64,000 nt of DNA from an uncultured delta proteobacterium (lineage in GTDB: Bacteria > Desulfobacterota > Syntrophia > Syntrophales > UBA5619): contig CAWFOM010000005.1 of the NCBI GenBank assembly GCA_963817385.1, positions 64,001 to 128,000 on the forward strand, read 5' to 3'. The position numbers were made by a program, and so were the translations under genes. Shown here piece by piece: positions 62,171 through 64,000 of the stretch. How positions within the stretch are numbered: the first letter of the stretch is position 1; each line of letters begins with the position of its first letter. The notes beneath the pieces are model-generated. The model made no database searches. It was given only the letters and a program-made list of their open reading frames with translations, and was not told the origin of the DNA.

Positions 62171-62788
62171 ATGATTATGCCAAAATATCTTCAAGTGTTT
62201 TCAGATTATATCTGACCCTGGTGCTACTTCAGTACCGGGCGTATTGAAAAGTTAAGAGAGAATTTTGAGATTGAGGTCCAATGGAGGGCATTCCCTCTTC
62301 ACCCTGAAACCCCGGAAGAGGGGCTGACCCTGGAAGAGCTCTTCGCCGGCCGGAATATCGATATTCCCTCGGCACTGACCCGCATGAAGAAAGTGGCCAA
62401 GGAATTGGACTTGCCTTGGGGTGAGCGAAAGAAGACCTATAATAGCAGGCTCGCCCAGGAACTAGGCAAATGGGCAGAGATCAAAGGAAAAGGGGACGAA
62501 TACCACAACGCGGTTTTTCGAGCCTATTTTGTCGATGGTAAAAATATTGCTAAAACTGATGTACTGATGGGACTGGTAAAAGCGATGGGGCTTCCCGAAA
62601 ATGAAGCCGGAGAAGCATTACAAATGAGAGCCTTCAAGGAGTCTGTCGATTCCGATTGGGCGCTTGTTGATGAAATGGGAATATCGTCAGTTCCAACCTT
62701 TGCTCTCAATCACCGGACAGTGGTTGGGGCGCAGCCCTACGAGGTCTTGGAACAATTCCTGCGGGAAAACGGGGTTAAGAGGAAATGA
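62171..62788 (+). CDS. DsbA/FrnE-family thioredoxin-fold selenoprotein (Sec at TGA 62213-62215)
   Basis: RBS GAAAGG, MIMPKYLQVFSDYI-U-PWCYF...WRAFPLHP in frame with ORF 62384..62788 (YNSRLAQE...GISSVPTF...VVGAQPYE). Confidence 0.88.
62228..62248 (+). promoter_or_regulatory. Candidate bacterial SECIS element
   Basis: TTCAGTAC-CGGGC-GTATTGAA stem-loop; loop begins 21 nt after the UGA with G at loop position 2. Confidence 0.6.
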
Positions 62789-62828
62789 GCACTTTACCGA
62801 AAGGCAAAATCAAACCGGAAAGGATAAC

Positions 62829-63653
62829 ATGTCTCTTTTTACCATTGATCAAAAAAAATGCCGGCGGGATGGTCTCTGCGTGGCTGAATGCACGGCAAAA
62901 CTAATTGAAATCGTCGGGGATGAAGGTTTTCCCAGACCCATTGACGGAGCCGAAGAGCTTTGTATCAACTGCGGCCATTGCGTTTCCATCTGCCCTCATG
63001 AGGCATTATCTCTCAGAACAATGTCTCCGAAAGATTGTCTTCCCGTACGGAACGAGCTGCTTCTCAGCCCGGAACACTGTGTACATTTTTTGAGGTCCCG
63101 AAGATCGATTCGCAATTACAAGGAAAAACGGGTGCCGCGTGATCTCTTGCAGAAGCTGATTGAAACCGCTCGCTATGCACCCACGGGCCATAACAGTCAG
63201 CCTGTGCACTGGCTGGTTATTGAAGATGCGACAAAGGTAAGGCGCCTGGGCGGACTGGTGGCGGATTGGATGCGGTCCCTGCTTGCAAAGAAGGCTGAAT
63301 TTGCCCTTTCTATGCACATGGACAGGATAGTGGACTCCTGGAACAAGGGGATCGATCGGATCCTGCGTAGCGCACCCCATCTGGTCGTGGCTCACGGGTT
63401 ATCGACTATGCCCATCTCTCAGTCATCCTGTTTCATTGCCTTAACGTACCTGGAGTTGGCAGCGCCATCTCTCGGTTTGGGCACCTGTTGGGCCGGTTAT
63501 TTTACTGCCGCAGCCAATTCCTATCCCCCGCTGCAGGAAGCCCTGGCCTTGCCTCAGGGTCACCTGCCTTACGGGGCTACGATGATCGGTTATCCGAAGT
63601 ACAGCTATCAGCGAATGCCCCCTCGAAACAAACCCGAAATAACCTGGAGATAA
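62829..63653 (+). CDS. Ferredoxin-nitroreductase fusion protein
   Basis: CRRDGLCVAEC and CINCGHCVSICP, then RSRRSIRNY, APTGHN.QP, GLGTCWAG. Confidence 0.9.
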   Translation: MSLFTIDQKKCRRDGLCVAECTAKLIEIVGDEGFPRPIDGAEELCINCGHCVSICPHEALSLRTMSPKDCLPVRNELLLSPEHCVHFLRSRRSIRNYKEKRVPRDLLQKLIETARYAPTGHNSQPVHWLVIEDATKVRRLGGLVADWMRSLLAKKAEFALSMHMDRIVDSWNKGIDRILRSAPHLVVAHGLSTMPISQSSCFIALTYLELAAPSLGLGTCWAGYFTAAANSYPPLQEALALPQGHLPYGATMIGYPKYSYQRMPPRNKPEITWR

Positions 63654-63728
63654 GAAAGATGTGTAACCACTTTGTTCTGCGAACTGACGTATGGGTAATC
63701 ACTGAAACTAAACAGGGAGGAGCTTCAT

Positions 63729-64000
63729 ATGGCTGACAATGGAATGGACAGAAGAGATTTCATGAAGTCGACGGCTGCCGGATTCGGCGGGTTTTTCTTC
63801 CTCTCTGCCAATGAAAGAAAGCCGGAAGAAACGCTGAAAAAAGCTCCGAAGGAGCAGAAGTTCATCTATCGCACCCTGGGAAAAACAGGGATAAAGCTTC
63901 CGGCGATCAACATGGGGGTCATGAATTCCAGCAATCCCAACCTTGTTCGCGCCGCCTTGAATTCGGGCATGGTTTTGCTCGACACGGCCACGACGTATCA
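63729..64000 (+). CDS. Tat-signal aldo/keto reductase (runs off window end)
   Basis: MADNGMDRRDFMK signal; YRTLGKTGIK....MG, G...LDTA..Y. Confidence 0.82.
   Translation, partial: MADNGMDRRDFMKSTAAGFGGFFFLSANERKPEETLKKAPKEQKFIYRTLGKTGIKLPAINMGVMNSSNPNLVRAALNSGMVLLDTATTY

Overview
GC-rich bacterial chromosome segment. Gene content and order suggest an anaerobic Desulfobacterota ('deltaproteobacterial', Syntrophales-like) organism; this is inference. Bases 1-38.5 kb are almost all minus-strand core genes: selA-rluD-pgeF-rho-rpmE-prfA-prmC-murA-hisD, tRNA-Gly(CCC), rimP-nusA-infB-rbfA-DHH-truB-rpsO-pnp-M16-dut, ftsB-pilMNOPQ followed by two disulfide-type FN3/Ig lipoproteins, then TPR-pepP-gcvH-lipM-hisC, rpsU, LOG and holA. 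A decayed ~2.9 kb insert (truncated radC, truncated restriction-methylase fusion, attC-like hairpin) lies between a MenK/MqnK-like menaquinone methyltransferase gene and selA, bounded by a 7-bp direct repeat. Bases 43.5-64 kb are accessory. They hold a seven-repeat beta-propeller lipoprotein, a three-subunit molybdenum hydroxylase with a downstream catabolic cluster, and a redox cluster. The redox cluster contains a DsbA/FrnE-like selenoprotein (in-frame UGA, U-P-W-C, SECIS-like hairpin) that the ORF track truncates. At least 8 single-base indels break 6 otherwise intact genes, most likely sequencing errors.
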